Source: Nitrosopumilaceae archaeon
GTDB lineage: Archaea > Thermoproteota > Nitrososphaeria > Nitrososphaerales > Nitrosopumilaceae
NCBI GenBank assembly: GCA_965208905.1
Contig: OZ242365.1
Location: 864,001-928,000 of the forward strand
Direction: 5' to 3'
DNA length: 64,000 nucleotides
Below the pieces are notes generated by a model, which searched no databases, was not told where the DNA came from, and worked only from the letters and a program-made list of their open reading frames with translations. Each line of letters opens with the position of its first letter. The stretch's first letter is position 1. The position numbers and the translations under genes were made by a program. Shown here in pieces: positions 51,481 through 60,821 of this stretch.

Positions 51481-52761
51481 ATGGCTATATCAACAGAGGT
51501 GTCTGCGCAGCTATACGATGAATCTGTCGGTGTCATTCCCGGCGGGGTAAACAGTCCTGTCCGACGCTATGACCCATACCCCTTCTTTGCATCAAAGTCT
51601 GATGGGTGCAATATATGGGATGTTGATGGTAACAGATTCATTGATTTGTGTAACGGGTATGGTTCGATGTTGCTGGGACACAGATATGATGATGTCATAC
51701 AGGCAGTTATTGCGCAGCTAAAGAGAGGCACATTATACTGTACTCCCACACAACTTGAAACTACACTGTCAAGTCTGATTGCAGAGAGTTATGCCTCCAT
51801 TGATATGGCGCGAGCTGTCAACACCGGCAGTGAGGCCACAATGACCGCTGTGCGATTGGCACGTGGTTACACTGAAAATACCAAGGTGGTAACATTTGAA
51901 GGTGGCTATCATGGGGCCCATGATTCAGTACTGGTAAAGGCCGGTAGTGGTTCTGCCACATTACCTACATCCAAAGGTGTACTTTCACAGACCACAGAGC
52001 AGACACTAGTTGCCAAATACAACGATACAGAGGGGTTTGCAGATGTTGTAGAGTCCTCTGAGGATGTGGCTGCTGTAATAATGGAGCCTGTAATGGCAAA
52101 TATGGGACTCATACTGCCTGACAAAAAATTTCTGGATGCGGTACGCCACATCACAAAACAGAGAGGCATAGTACTGATCTTTGATGAGGTGGTGACCGGC
52201 TTTCGAGTATCTGATGGTGGAGCCCAGAGATACTTTGGAGTTACACCAGATATCACAACACTGGCAAAGGCTCTGGGAAATGGCTTTGGTGTTGCCGCAG
52301 TGGGAGGCAGGCGAGATATAATGGAGATGCTAGCCCCACTAGGCGATGTCTATCAGGCCAGCACATTTGCTGGAAACCCTGTTGCCACTACTGCTGCTAT
52401 ATCATCCATACGTGCCATGAAAAGTATGGGCAGCAAGCTATACGATACACTTGATGTATACTGCACAAGGATATCTAACACAATACATGATGTGGCTGCA
52501 GATAATAAAATACCACATAGAGTACACCATATATCCTCAATGTTTCAGGTATTCTTTAGTGAGGAGGATGTATATGATTATGCGACTGCTAAAAAATCTG
52601 ACACTGTAAAATTTAAACAACTATTTAATTTATTATTAAATAGAGGTGTGTTTATTCCGCCATCTCAATTTGAAACTGCATTTTTGTCCGGAGCCATGAC
52701 TGATGATGACATTAATGATATAGTGACTGCGTATACTGAGTCGATGGAGGCGTTAGCATAA
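51481..52761 (+). CDS. hemL: Glutamate-1-semialdehyde 2,1-aminomutase
   Basis: PGGVNSPVR, YHGAHD, FDEVVTGFR, PSQFE. Confidence 0.95.
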   Translation: MAISTEVSAQLYDESVGVIPGGVNSPVRRYDPYPFFASKSDGCNIWDVDGNRFIDLCNGYGSMLLGHRYDDVIQAVIAQLKRGTLYCTPTQLETTLSSLIAESYASIDMARAVNTGSEATMTAVRLARGYTENTKVVTFEGGYHGAHDSVLVKAGSGSATLPTSKGVLSQTTEQTLVAKYNDTEGFADVVESSEDVAAVIMEPVMANMGLILPDKKFLDAVRHITKQRGIVLIFDEVVTGFRVSDGGAQRYFGVTPDITTLAKALGNGFGVAAVGGRRDIMEMLAPLGDVYQASTFAGNPVATTAAISSIRAMKSMGSKLYDTLDVYCTRISNTIHDVAADNKIPHRVHHISSMFQVFFSEEDVYDYATAKKSDTVKFKQLFNLLLNRGVFIPPSQFETAFLSGAMTDDDINDIVTAYTESMEALA

Positions 52762-53672
52762 TAAAATATACTGTTGCTACACGTGGGAGCAAACTCTCTT
52801 TGGCACAGACTAATCAAACATTACTGCAACTTAAAGAGGTCAACCCAAATATGGAGTTTGACATACTGAAGGTTACCACTCAGGGTGACCGTGTATCAAA
52901 ACCACTGTTTCAGATTGACAGACGCGGAATATTTGAAAAGGAGGTGGATCAGGCCGTGGCAGATGGGCGGGCTGACTTTGCTGTACACAGCATGAAGGAT
53001 GTGCCCTCAAATGTACCATCAGATCTTGTAATATCCAGCGTTCCACGTAGGGCTACTCCAAATGATGTAGTACTGTATAGGGATGATCTTGATACTGATG
53101 TAGAGATGCTAGTGGGCACTAGTAGCTTGCGCCGATTGGCACAGGCTCGTCGGTACTTTCCAGAGGTAAATGTTAGACCAATTCGAGGTAACGTGGACAC
53201 ACGCATATCTTGTCTGGGTAAACCATTTGATGCAGTAATACTTGCAAAAGCTGGAATAGAGCGTCTGAAAATCAACATACCTCATACAGTACTGCCAACC
53301 AGCGAGTTTATACCATCACCCGGCCAGGGGGCCTTGGCTATCGTATCTAGACGGGATGATCATGACACAACCCTGGTTTTGGAGTCTATACAACATATGC
53401 CCTCACGAGCTGAATCTGAAGCAGAGCGTGCATTCTCCCAGGTGATTGAATCCGGCTGTCGCTTTCCGGTGGGCGCCTATGCAAAAAGCCACAATGGCAC
53501 AATACATCTGCTATGCGCAGCATACCCTTTAGATGACTCTGCACCTATAAAGTGTGAGGCCAGTGGTGTGGACCCCACATCTGTGGGTATCTCTGCAGGA
53601 CGCCAAATGATAAAACAGGGCACTTCATCGTTTGCATTAAAATGGAGGCAAGCTGTAGAAGAGTGGAAATGA
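52758..53672 (+). CDS. hemC: Hydroxymethylbilane synthase (apparent ATA start)
   Basis: ATRGSKL, VHSMKDVP, GTSSLRR, IRGNVDTR, GCRFPVG. Confidence 0.9.
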   Translation: MIKYTVATRGSKLSLAQTNQTLLQLKEVNPNMEFDILKVTTQGDRVSKPLFQIDRRGIFEKEVDQAVADGRADFAVHSMKDVPSNVPSDLVISSVPRRATPNDVVLYRDDLDTDVEMLVGTSSLRRLAQARRYFPEVNVRPIRGNVDTRISCLGKPFDAVILAKAGIERLKINIPHTVLPTSEFIPSPGQGALAIVSRRDDHDTTLVLESIQHMPSRAESEAERAFSQVIESGCRFPVGAYAKSHNGTIHLLCAAYPLDDSAPIKCEASGVDPTSVGISAGRQMIKQGTSSFALKWRQAVEEWK

Positions 53673-54403
53673 CCGTCTATCTTGTGGGTGCTGGACCTGG
53701 AGATCCGGGATTGCTAACTATGCGGGCAGCTGAGCTTCTGCAGCAGGCTGATGTTGTATTATATGATAGATTGGTCGATGACTCTATCATTGCCATGATT
53801 CCCGATGACACTAAAAAAGTATATGTGGGTCGAACCGTGGGCGATGATACCTCACATCAGAATGATACTAACCAACAGATGTTGTATCATGCAAAAAGTA
53901 TGAAAAAAGTTGTACGTCTAAAGGGCGGAGACCCAATAATATTTGGGCGGGGTGGCGAAGAAGCCCAATTTCTTAAAAGACACAGCATCAAATATGAAAT
54001 AATCCCTGGAATCACTTCGGGGATAGGCTCGGCTACATACTCTGGAATACCCCTGACTTATAGGGGTCACTCATCCTCTGTTGTATTTGTCACCGGGCAC
54101 GAAGATCCACTAAAGAAGACTGAGTCTGTTCGATGGCAAAACCTAGCTAAATCAGTCGATACAATTGTAATCATGATGGGATTAAGTCGAATTAGAACAA
54201 TATGCAGTGAGCTGGCGCGTGGTGGCATGGACTTGGAGACCCCCGTCTCTGTAATACAGAATGGTACCACAACAAAACACAAAATGATCACAGGCACAAT
54301 ATCTGATATAGCCGATATTGTTGAGGAGAGTGGCATATCGCCTCCGGCCAACATAATAGTTGGCAGCGTAGTGAACCTTCATGAGGAGCTGAAATGGAGA
54401 TGA
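53669..54403 (+). CDS. cobA: Uroporphyrinogen-III C-methyltransferase
   Basis: LVGAGPGDPGLLT, RLKGGDP..FGRGGEE. Confidence 0.93.
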   Translation: MTVYLVGAGPGDPGLLTMRAAELLQQADVVLYDRLVDDSIIAMIPDDTKKVYVGRTVGDDTSHQNDTNQQMLYHAKSMKKVVRLKGGDPIIFGRGGEEAQFLKRHSIKYEIIPGITSGIGSATYSGIPLTYRGHSSSVVFVTGHEDPLKKTESVRWQNLAKSVDTIVIMMGLSRIRTICSELARGGMDLETPVSVIQNGTTTKHKMITGTISDIADIVEESGISPPANIIVGSVVNLHEELKWR

Positions 54404-55194
54404 CATTATCAAAAAAAAACTTGGCCATAACACGTAGCGCGGCAGACGCCGCTGAATTTGTAAATGCAGTAGAGTCCGAGGGTGGATGTGCCATGCCTCT
54501 TCCTACGATACAACTAGTGGCGTGTAGCTCTAAAATATCCCAAGATTATATGGATATCTGCAGATCGTACAAGCCTGATTATACTGTATTTATGAGCTCA
54601 AAAGCAGTTAAATTATTGTTTGATGATGCCAAAGAGAACCACATATTTGATAAAGTGCGCCTAGCTGTTGCTAACACAACAGTGGTCTCTGTTGGCCCAA
54701 AGACCAGTATGATGTTGGAAAATTACGAGATAAAGGTAAATCTTGTACCAAAATCAATATTTTCGTCGGTTGGCATAGGCGAAGTCTTTAGTTACATGTC
54801 CCGGGATAAAAATAAAGTATTAATTCCCCGTAGCGGCGCCTCGCCCCCATTTCTAAAAGACTTGCTGGTAAAAGAAGGGTTTGATGTTCGTGAATTATAT
54901 CTGTATGATGTCAAACCCCATCAGGGTGGAGATATCTGGGAGAAGTTTTATGCCATGTTGTGTAATGGTGAAATACATGGCGTGGTCTTTACAAGCGTCT
55001 CGTCGGTTCGGGCGTTCTTTGATATAATTTCACGTATGGACTCGGCAGATATAGTTCCGCTATTAAACGGCACAACCATAATTTCAATTGGTCCTTTTAC
55101 TTCTGAAGAATTGAATAAACTAGGAATTAATCACTATGTCTCTGCAGTACACACTGTGGGCGGCTCATTAAACGAGATGCGCCTTCGTATCTGA
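54400..55194 (+). CDS. hemD: Uroporphyrinogen-III synthase
   Basis: AITR, VGPKT, FTSVSSV, IGPFT; operon context. Confidence 0.88.
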   Translation: MTLSKKNLAITRSAADAAEFVNAVESEGGCAMPLPTIQLVACSSKISQDYMDICRSYKPDYTVFMSSKAVKLLFDDAKENHIFDKVRLAVANTTVVSVGPKTSMMLENYEIKVNLVPKSIFSSVGIGEVFSYMSRDKNKVLIPRSGASPPFLKDLLVKEGFDVRELYLYDVKPHQGGDIWEKFYAMLCNGEIHGVVFTSVSSVRAFFDIISRMDSADIVPLLNGTTIISIGPFTSEELNKLGINHYVSAVHTVGGSLNEMRLRI

Positions 55195-55597
55195 TATATG
55201 ATATAATCTGAAAATTTTTCAATCTTTAAACACATTTAGTGGCACAAAAGGTAGGCAAAAATTAAAGTATTTTAAATCTCATATTTTATCCTGCCAAAAA
55301 TTTCCATATGGCAAAGAAATTAAAAAAAATTTAATCTGAAAAACATAACAAAATCATTATACGCTAAATATCATTTGAAACAGAATGAAACAATTCTAAC
55401 AAAGTATAAAATAAATATAAACGGAATTTATCATCAGTTGTAACTTTAGCTATTAAATATATCTAGACGTACATAACCATGATGTTGCACAAGATCATTA
55501 ACCCAAATTTGTGATCATGTCTTTGCATTCTTCAATTTTGTAAAATACTCTGAAACAGAGATTTCATAGACATATATGTTTACTATGTGTATAGTGC

Positions 55598-56074
55598 ATG
55601 ATGATTGTGTTTCTGCTTCGGCATGGCAAGGCAGCGAGACCCTCAACTCTTATTCATAGCGATCATATGCGTCCTTTGACCAATGAGGGTCGTAGCGAAA
55701 TGGTAAAGATTGGTAGAGCTTTGAAGCACCTAGACATACAACCTGACATGCTCGTATCCAGCCCACTTGTAAGATCTGTTCAGACTGCAGAGATTGTGTC
55801 TGAATATGTAGATGCCAGCATAACATTATGGGATGAGCTCAAACCCGAGTCGCATCCATCTGCAACATTGAAACTGATACAAAGTCTGCACGTTAAATCG
55901 ATAATGTTAGTGGGGCATGAACCTCATCTAACAGATCTCATATCACATATGATATCTGCAACCATGCTGCCCATATCGTTAAAGAAAGGAGGCCTGGCAT
56001 GTATACGCATGCCTGCAAAGGGGTTTGCATCTTTACGATATCTACTGACACCTAGGCAAATGGGAAAGATGTGA
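55598..56074 (+). CDS. sixA: SixA-like phosphohistidine phosphatase
   Basis: LRHGKA, RPLT..G, SSP..R..QTA, VGHEP. Confidence 0.85.
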   Translation: MMIVFLLRHGKAARPSTLIHSDHMRPLTNEGRSEMVKIGRALKHLDIQPDMLVSSPLVRSVQTAEIVSEYVDASITLWDELKPESHPSATLKLIQSLHVKSIMLVGHEPHLTDLISHMISATMLPISLKKGGLACIRMPAKGFASLRYLLTPRQMGKM

Positions 56075-57579
56075 TGTGTGCTTTGACTATACAATCCAAT
56101 AAATACCCAAAAAAGATGGCCGTAATTGATGTAGGTTCTAATTCCGTTAAAATGGTCTGTTATTCCGCAGATCGCACTGGCATATATAGACCATATAATC
56201 GGGAGTCGTTTAGAGTGAGACTTGACAAGTATGGCGATGGTATTATACATGATTCACTCACAAGCAGTCTGATAGACGTACTCTTACTATTTCGTAATAT
56301 TGCAGCACACGAGAATGTAGATCGTATATTGCCTGTAGCGACAAGCGCCTTGCGTAGCGCTAAAAACCAAAAATTAGTATTAGACCGTGTATATGCAGAG
56401 ACTGGCTTTATACTTAATGTACTCTCAGGAAGTAGCGAGGCACTGTATTCATACGCTGGCGCTGCAAATAATTTGAATATTCCGTCTTGTATCTTTTTTG
56501 ATCTAGGCGGGGGCTCCATAGAACTTGTATCATCACGAAATCATACCATAATTAAGGCCCTCTCAGTTCCATTAGGCGCGTTAGTATTAACCCAAAAATT
56601 CACCGAAAATAATGATTTTAACAATAATACTATCCATCAATTACGCCAATATGTGAAAGAAACATTACCATCTGCTAGTAGTATGGGCCCACTGGGGAAC
56701 GATACAATTTTAGTTGGGGTGGGCGGAACGCTACGCACAGTTGCAAAGTATGTTCAGACACATATGGGCTATCCTTTGAATAAATTACATAATTACACCA
56801 TGAGTGCACATTCAATAAACATGGCAACCAATGATATATTATCCAAAAATATATCTGATTTAGCTGAAACATACGAGGTTGGTAGGGGCCGCGCTGATAT
56901 AATAAAGGCCGGTATTGTTACAATATCTGAGATATTATCCAAGTACAGCTTCAAAGAAGTACGGGTCTGCTCTACGGGTCTTCGAGAGGGTGTACTTGCT
57001 ATGGCTGCTCGTTATACAGGATTTGATAAGATGATTGTGTCTCCGTATCATGTTCGCGAGTTGATACGCGCACCCTCGGGGACTCCATCTATTCCACCTT
57101 TGGTACAGGGTATAATAAATTCATTTAAGTTATCAAATTTATTGTATAATGAAGAACCTACAATATTACAATCTGCTGCAATTAATTTAGGTTTATTAAG
57201 AACATTTCGTGATGCGGACGACTTTCTGTATAGTGTAATGGATGTGCCCACCGTGCTCTCACACCGTCAACAACTTTTGGCCTCATTATGTTTGACTTAT
57301 TCTAAAAAACCAAAAAGAACGAGACTACTAATAAAAAAATATTATTCTATAATAAATAAATTCGATGTGCAAATGATAAAAAAACTGGCCCCAATTTTGG
57401 AGTTGTGTGATCTGTTAATTACTACAGATGCTAACTCCTATGTACAATTTGATGATAATAGTCTGTCAATTACAATAAAGCGTAACCAAAGAGAGTTACC
57501 ATACATAATGTTTGGTCAAACATGCCAAAGTATAGGTGAGGCATTGGGCGCAAAGGTTACCACAAAGTTTATTCTATAA
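56071..57579 (+). CDS. ppx: Ppx/GppA exopolyphosphatase
   Basis: IDVGSNS, ATSALR, DLGGGS.E, GVGGT, GLREG. Confidence 0.88.
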   Translation: MMCALTIQSNKYPKKMAVIDVGSNSVKMVCYSADRTGIYRPYNRESFRVRLDKYGDGIIHDSLTSSLIDVLLLFRNIAAHENVDRILPVATSALRSAKNQKLVLDRVYAETGFILNVLSGSSEALYSYAGAANNLNIPSCIFFDLGGGSIELVSSRNHTIIKALSVPLGALVLTQKFTENNDFNNNTIHQLRQYVKETLPSASSMGPLGNDTILVGVGGTLRTVAKYVQTHMGYPLNKLHNYTMSAHSINMATNDILSKNISDLAETYEVGRGRADIIKAGIVTISEILSKYSFKEVRVCSTGLREGVLAMAARYTGFDKMIVSPYHVRELIRAPSGTPSIPPLVQGIINSFKLSNLLYNEEPTILQSAAINLGLLRTFRDADDFLYSVMDVPTVLSHRQQLLASLCLTYSKKPKRTRLLIKKYYSIINKFDVQMIKKLAPILELCDLLITTDANSYVQFDDNSLSITIKRNQRELPYIMFGQTCQSIGEALGAKVTTKFIL

Positions 57580-57623
57580 CCAACAGTTTAAATTGTCAAT
57601 TGAATGAATATTGACGATTTAAA

Positions 57624-59066
57624 ATGTCTAGCAGGACTCCAAAAAAAACCAAAGATGGTCAGTACATAATTGAACCGTCTGGCGACATGAAAGTTCCGGT
57701 TCGTATATACGCAACTGATTCACTTTTATCAAAAATGTTACATGATCGTACACTGCGCCAGGCATGTAATGTTGCATCCATGCCCGGAATACTAAGTCAT
57801 GGTGTAGTCTTGCCTGATGGCCATGAGGGATATGGGTTTCCAGTGGGCGGTGTGGCTGCTATGGATGTCGAAGAGGGCATGATAAGTCCTGGTGGTGTAG
57901 GCTATGACATAAACTGTGGTGTACGACTGTTGCGCAGTGAACTGACCGAGAGTGAATTACGACCACAACTAAAGGATTTGGTCTTTGATCTCTTTAATAC
58001 AATACCTTCCGGCGTAGGCTCCAAAGGAACAAGAAAACTATCTCATTCCGAGTTAGATGAGGTGCTGGTACGAGGCGTAAATTGGGCAGTTGATCACGGG
58101 TATGGTTCTATTGGTGATGCTGATGTGTGTGAGGAGAGTGGGTGTATTGCCGGTGCAGACCCTAACTCTGTATCTGATCGTGCACGGAAACGAGGCGCCC
58201 CACAACTAGGAAGTCTAGGCTCTGGCAATCACTTTTTAGAAGTTCAGAAGGTAGATCAAATCTACGATGAGGAAGCAGCTCAGCTTATGGGTCTAAAGAA
58301 GGATACAATCACAGTATTGATACATTGCGGATCCCGAGGATTTGGACACCAGGTATGTACCGATTACTTGCGAATATCCGAGAGGGCACTGACCAAGTAT
58401 GACATAGCACTGCAGGATAAGGAACTGGCATGCGTACCCATCACATCTGATGAGGGTGAATCTTATCGCAAAGCAATGTTTGCAGCACTTAATTTTGCAT
58501 GGAGTAATCGACAAATGATCACCCATTGGACCCGTAAGTCATTTGAGCGAGTATTTGGCCAGAGCGAGTCGGACTTGGACATGGATATGGTATATGATGT
58601 TGCGCACAACATCGCTAAAATAGAGACACATAATATAGATGGACGCAATCGCAAAGTTGTGGTACATCGTAAGGGTGCAACAAGGGCATTTCCAGCAGAT
58701 GCGCCTGAGGTTTCATCTAGATACCGCTCTGTGGGTCAGCCTGTATTGATACCTGGTTCGATGGGAACTTCCAGCTGGGTTTTATTGGGCCGCCCTGCAT
58801 CCATGGGACTTAGTTTTGGTTCTACAGCCCATGGTGCTGGACGGGTTATGTCTCGATCCAAGGCTCGCCGAAGTTATACTGAGTCAGGCATTCGTCAATC
58901 TTTGAATGAGCAGGGCATATTTGTAAAGTCGACTACCGGTAATGGTATAGTTGAAGAATCTCCTCAGGCATACAAGGATGTGGATGCAGTGGTTGAAGTC
59001 TCTCACAAGCTGGGCATTGCCACAAAGGTGGCCCGCTTAGTTCCTATTGGGGTGATCAAAGGTTGA
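57624..59066 (+). CDS. rtcB: RNA-splicing ligase RtcB
   Basis: PDGH.GYGFPVG, GYDINCG, GSGNHF, HRKGA, HGAGR, EE.P.AYK. Confidence 0.95.
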   Translation: MSSRTPKKTKDGQYIIEPSGDMKVPVRIYATDSLLSKMLHDRTLRQACNVASMPGILSHGVVLPDGHEGYGFPVGGVAAMDVEEGMISPGGVGYDINCGVRLLRSELTESELRPQLKDLVFDLFNTIPSGVGSKGTRKLSHSELDEVLVRGVNWAVDHGYGSIGDADVCEESGCIAGADPNSVSDRARKRGAPQLGSLGSGNHFLEVQKVDQIYDEEAAQLMGLKKDTITVLIHCGSRGFGHQVCTDYLRISERALTKYDIALQDKELACVPITSDEGESYRKAMFAALNFAWSNRQMITHWTRKSFERVFGQSESDLDMDMVYDVAHNIAKIETHNIDGRNRKVVVHRKGATRAFPADAPEVSSRYRSVGQPVLIPGSMGTSSWVLLGRPASMGLSFGSTAHGAGRVMSRSKARRSYTESGIRQSLNEQGIFVKSTTGNGIVEESPQAYKDVDAVVEVSHKLGIATKVARLVPIGVIKG

Positions 59067-59440
59067 GCAATGATGCTGAGCTGAACCGGCTAATGTCCAA
59101 AAGACTGGCTGAGATGCAACAACATGCCCAGGAACATCATACCACAGATAAAGGCGGTGAGCCATCACCCCGAGAGATTGTAGTATCAATGTTGGGATAT
59201 AGAGGACTTGAGGTACTAGAGACTGCCGAGAGACAGTTTCCCTCCCAAACCTCTGTATTAGTATCTGGTTTGGCCAAGATTATATCTTCTGGCAATCTAG
59301 ATCACAAACTCGATGGTGGAGACTTGATGCGTGTTTTTGCTCTTTCTGGATTGTCTCTGCGCATGAATACGCGTATAAATGTGGTAAAAGATGGGAAAAC
59401 CATATCTCTATCGGATAAACTAAGTGGTAAAAAACCTTGA
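59063..59440 (+). CDS. PDCD5-like dsDNA-binding domain protein
   Basis: N-terminal DAELNRLMSKRLAEMQ; weak similarity only. Confidence 0.55.
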   Translation: MSNDAELNRLMSKRLAEMQQHAQEHHTTDKGGEPSPREIVVSMLGYRGLEVLETAERQFPSQTSVLVSGLAKIISSGNLDHKLDGGDLMRVFALSGLSLRMNTRINVVKDGKTISLSDKLSGKKP

Positions 59441-59760
59441 GCCAGGCTGTACTACGAGTGGGCACAAAAGATTATGCTACTGATGTCGTTCTTTTAAAGA
59501 AGGCCATGTCCCAAATGGAGTCGTTGTTATCGGCCTATAATGGATATGCTCTTAGTGACCCCACCTCTAAACTTGGTTGGACGTTTTTTAGTATGGCATT
59601 CAAGGCTGACCTACAACAGAAGATTGAGCAGCGATTTGCAGACATGATAGGCCAATATCGCTGGGGCAGTTCTGATGAAAAGTTTACAAAATTTATGCAA
59701 GAGTACCTACATGCTCGGGGCTGTAATGTAGAGTTAAAACTGGACAAGCAGCGAATGTGA
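59437..59760 (+). CDS. Hypothetical protein
   Basis: 107-aa ORF translationally coupled to previous gene. Confidence 0.65.
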   Translation: MSQAVLRVGTKDYATDVVLLKKAMSQMESLLSAYNGYALSDPTSKLGWTFFSMAFKADLQQKIEQRFADMIGQYRWGSSDEKFTKFMQEYLHARGCNVELKLDKQRM

Positions 59761-59820
59761 GCAGATTATTATTGGTATAATTCCCAATGTTTTTTAAACC
59801 CATATTGGCATAACTGTTAC

Positions 59821-60717
59821 TTGACTGCTGATGTGAGCAAAGACATAGAAAACGTGGAGACAGATGTAACTGATTCTGTCACTGAAACAGACGCAAACTT
59901 GGATGCGACTGCAGAACCGGCAACTGACACAACACCTGATGATGTGATTGAACCTGATATGTCTGCTGCAGAACCTAGTGATGCTGACATTGAGACAGAC
60001 CAGTTGAGCAAGGATTCGGGTATAGAGTACGATGATTCTGCAGAACCTAGTGATGCTGACATTGAGACAGACCAGTTGAGCAAGGATTCGGGTATAGAGT
60101 CCGATGATGCTGACATTGAGACAGACCAGTTGAGCAAGGATTTGGGTATAGAGTCCGATGATGCTGCAGAACCCGACCCAAAAAAACCCCGTGAATTATC
60201 CGAGGAGGCGCGTGCTAAAATTGATGCTATGATCGCAGATGGAAGACTTGATGATGACTTTGGCGATGGACAGCCTGCAGTTATAGCTGATAAACCTGAA
60301 AAATGGGGCATAGCCCACATCTTTAGTAGTTTTAACAATACAATAATACATTTGACTGACCTTACGGGTGCTGAAACCATAGCCATAAGCTCTGGCGGAC
60401 AGCACTCTAATGCAGATAGATATGAGTCATCCCCATTTGCCGCCATGAAGGCAGCCAATGCGGTGGTAGATGTTGCACGTGCTAGAGGGTTTACAGGATT
60501 TCACATTCGCGTCCGTGCAGTTGGTGGCGTGGGCTCTCGAGTTCCAGGACCTGGTGCGCAGGCAGCCATTAGGGCACTGGCAAGGGCCACATCAAACAAA
60601 GATGATGATCCAGATTCTGGACTGGGTGCATTCCGTATAGGCCGTATAGATGATGTCACACCAATTCCTCATGATACCACTAGGAAGAAAGGCGGAAAAC
60701 GCGGAAGACGAGTCTAA
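59821..60717 (+). CDS. rps11: Ribosomal protein uS11 with long acidic N-terminal extension
   Basis: [44 protein letters not shown]. Confidence 0.9.
   Translation: MTADVSKDIENVETDVTDSVTETDANLDATAEPATDTTPDDVIEPDMSAAEPSDADIETDQLSKDSGIEYDDSAEPSDADIETDQLSKDSGIESDDADIETDQLSKDLGIESDDAAEPDPKKPRELSEEARAKIDAMIADGRLDDDFGDGQPAVIADKPEKWGIAHIFSSFNNTIIHLTDLTGAETIAISSGGQHSNADRYESSPFAAMKAANAVVDVARARGFTGFHIRVRAVGGVGSRVPGPGAQAAIRALARATSNKDDDPDSGLGAFRIGRIDDVTPIPHDTTRKKGGKRGRRV
59980..60154 (+). repeat. Three in-frame copies of a 49-bp core ([12 protein letters not shown][S/L]GIE)
   Basis: Copies start at 59980, 60052, 60106 (periods 72 and 54 bp). Confidence 0.92.
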
Positions 60718-60821
60718 CAGGTTTGTCTCTAGAACTGTTTCTTGAGTTGTCAATATGTCCTATATCTGTGGTTAAACTCGGTTCCTACTGCAAGCACGGG
60801 GGTTCCCACACCTACAATACA

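Noticed and set aside
55195-55597. AT-rich 400-bp gap as replication origin
   Set aside because: No recognisable ORB repeats and no adjacent cdc6/orc1.
59968-60170. Direct repeats as a CRISPR array for the nearby TnpB/Cas12-like gene
   Set aside because: Repeats are in frame inside rps11, periods are 72 and 54 bp, and there are no unique spacers of uniform length.
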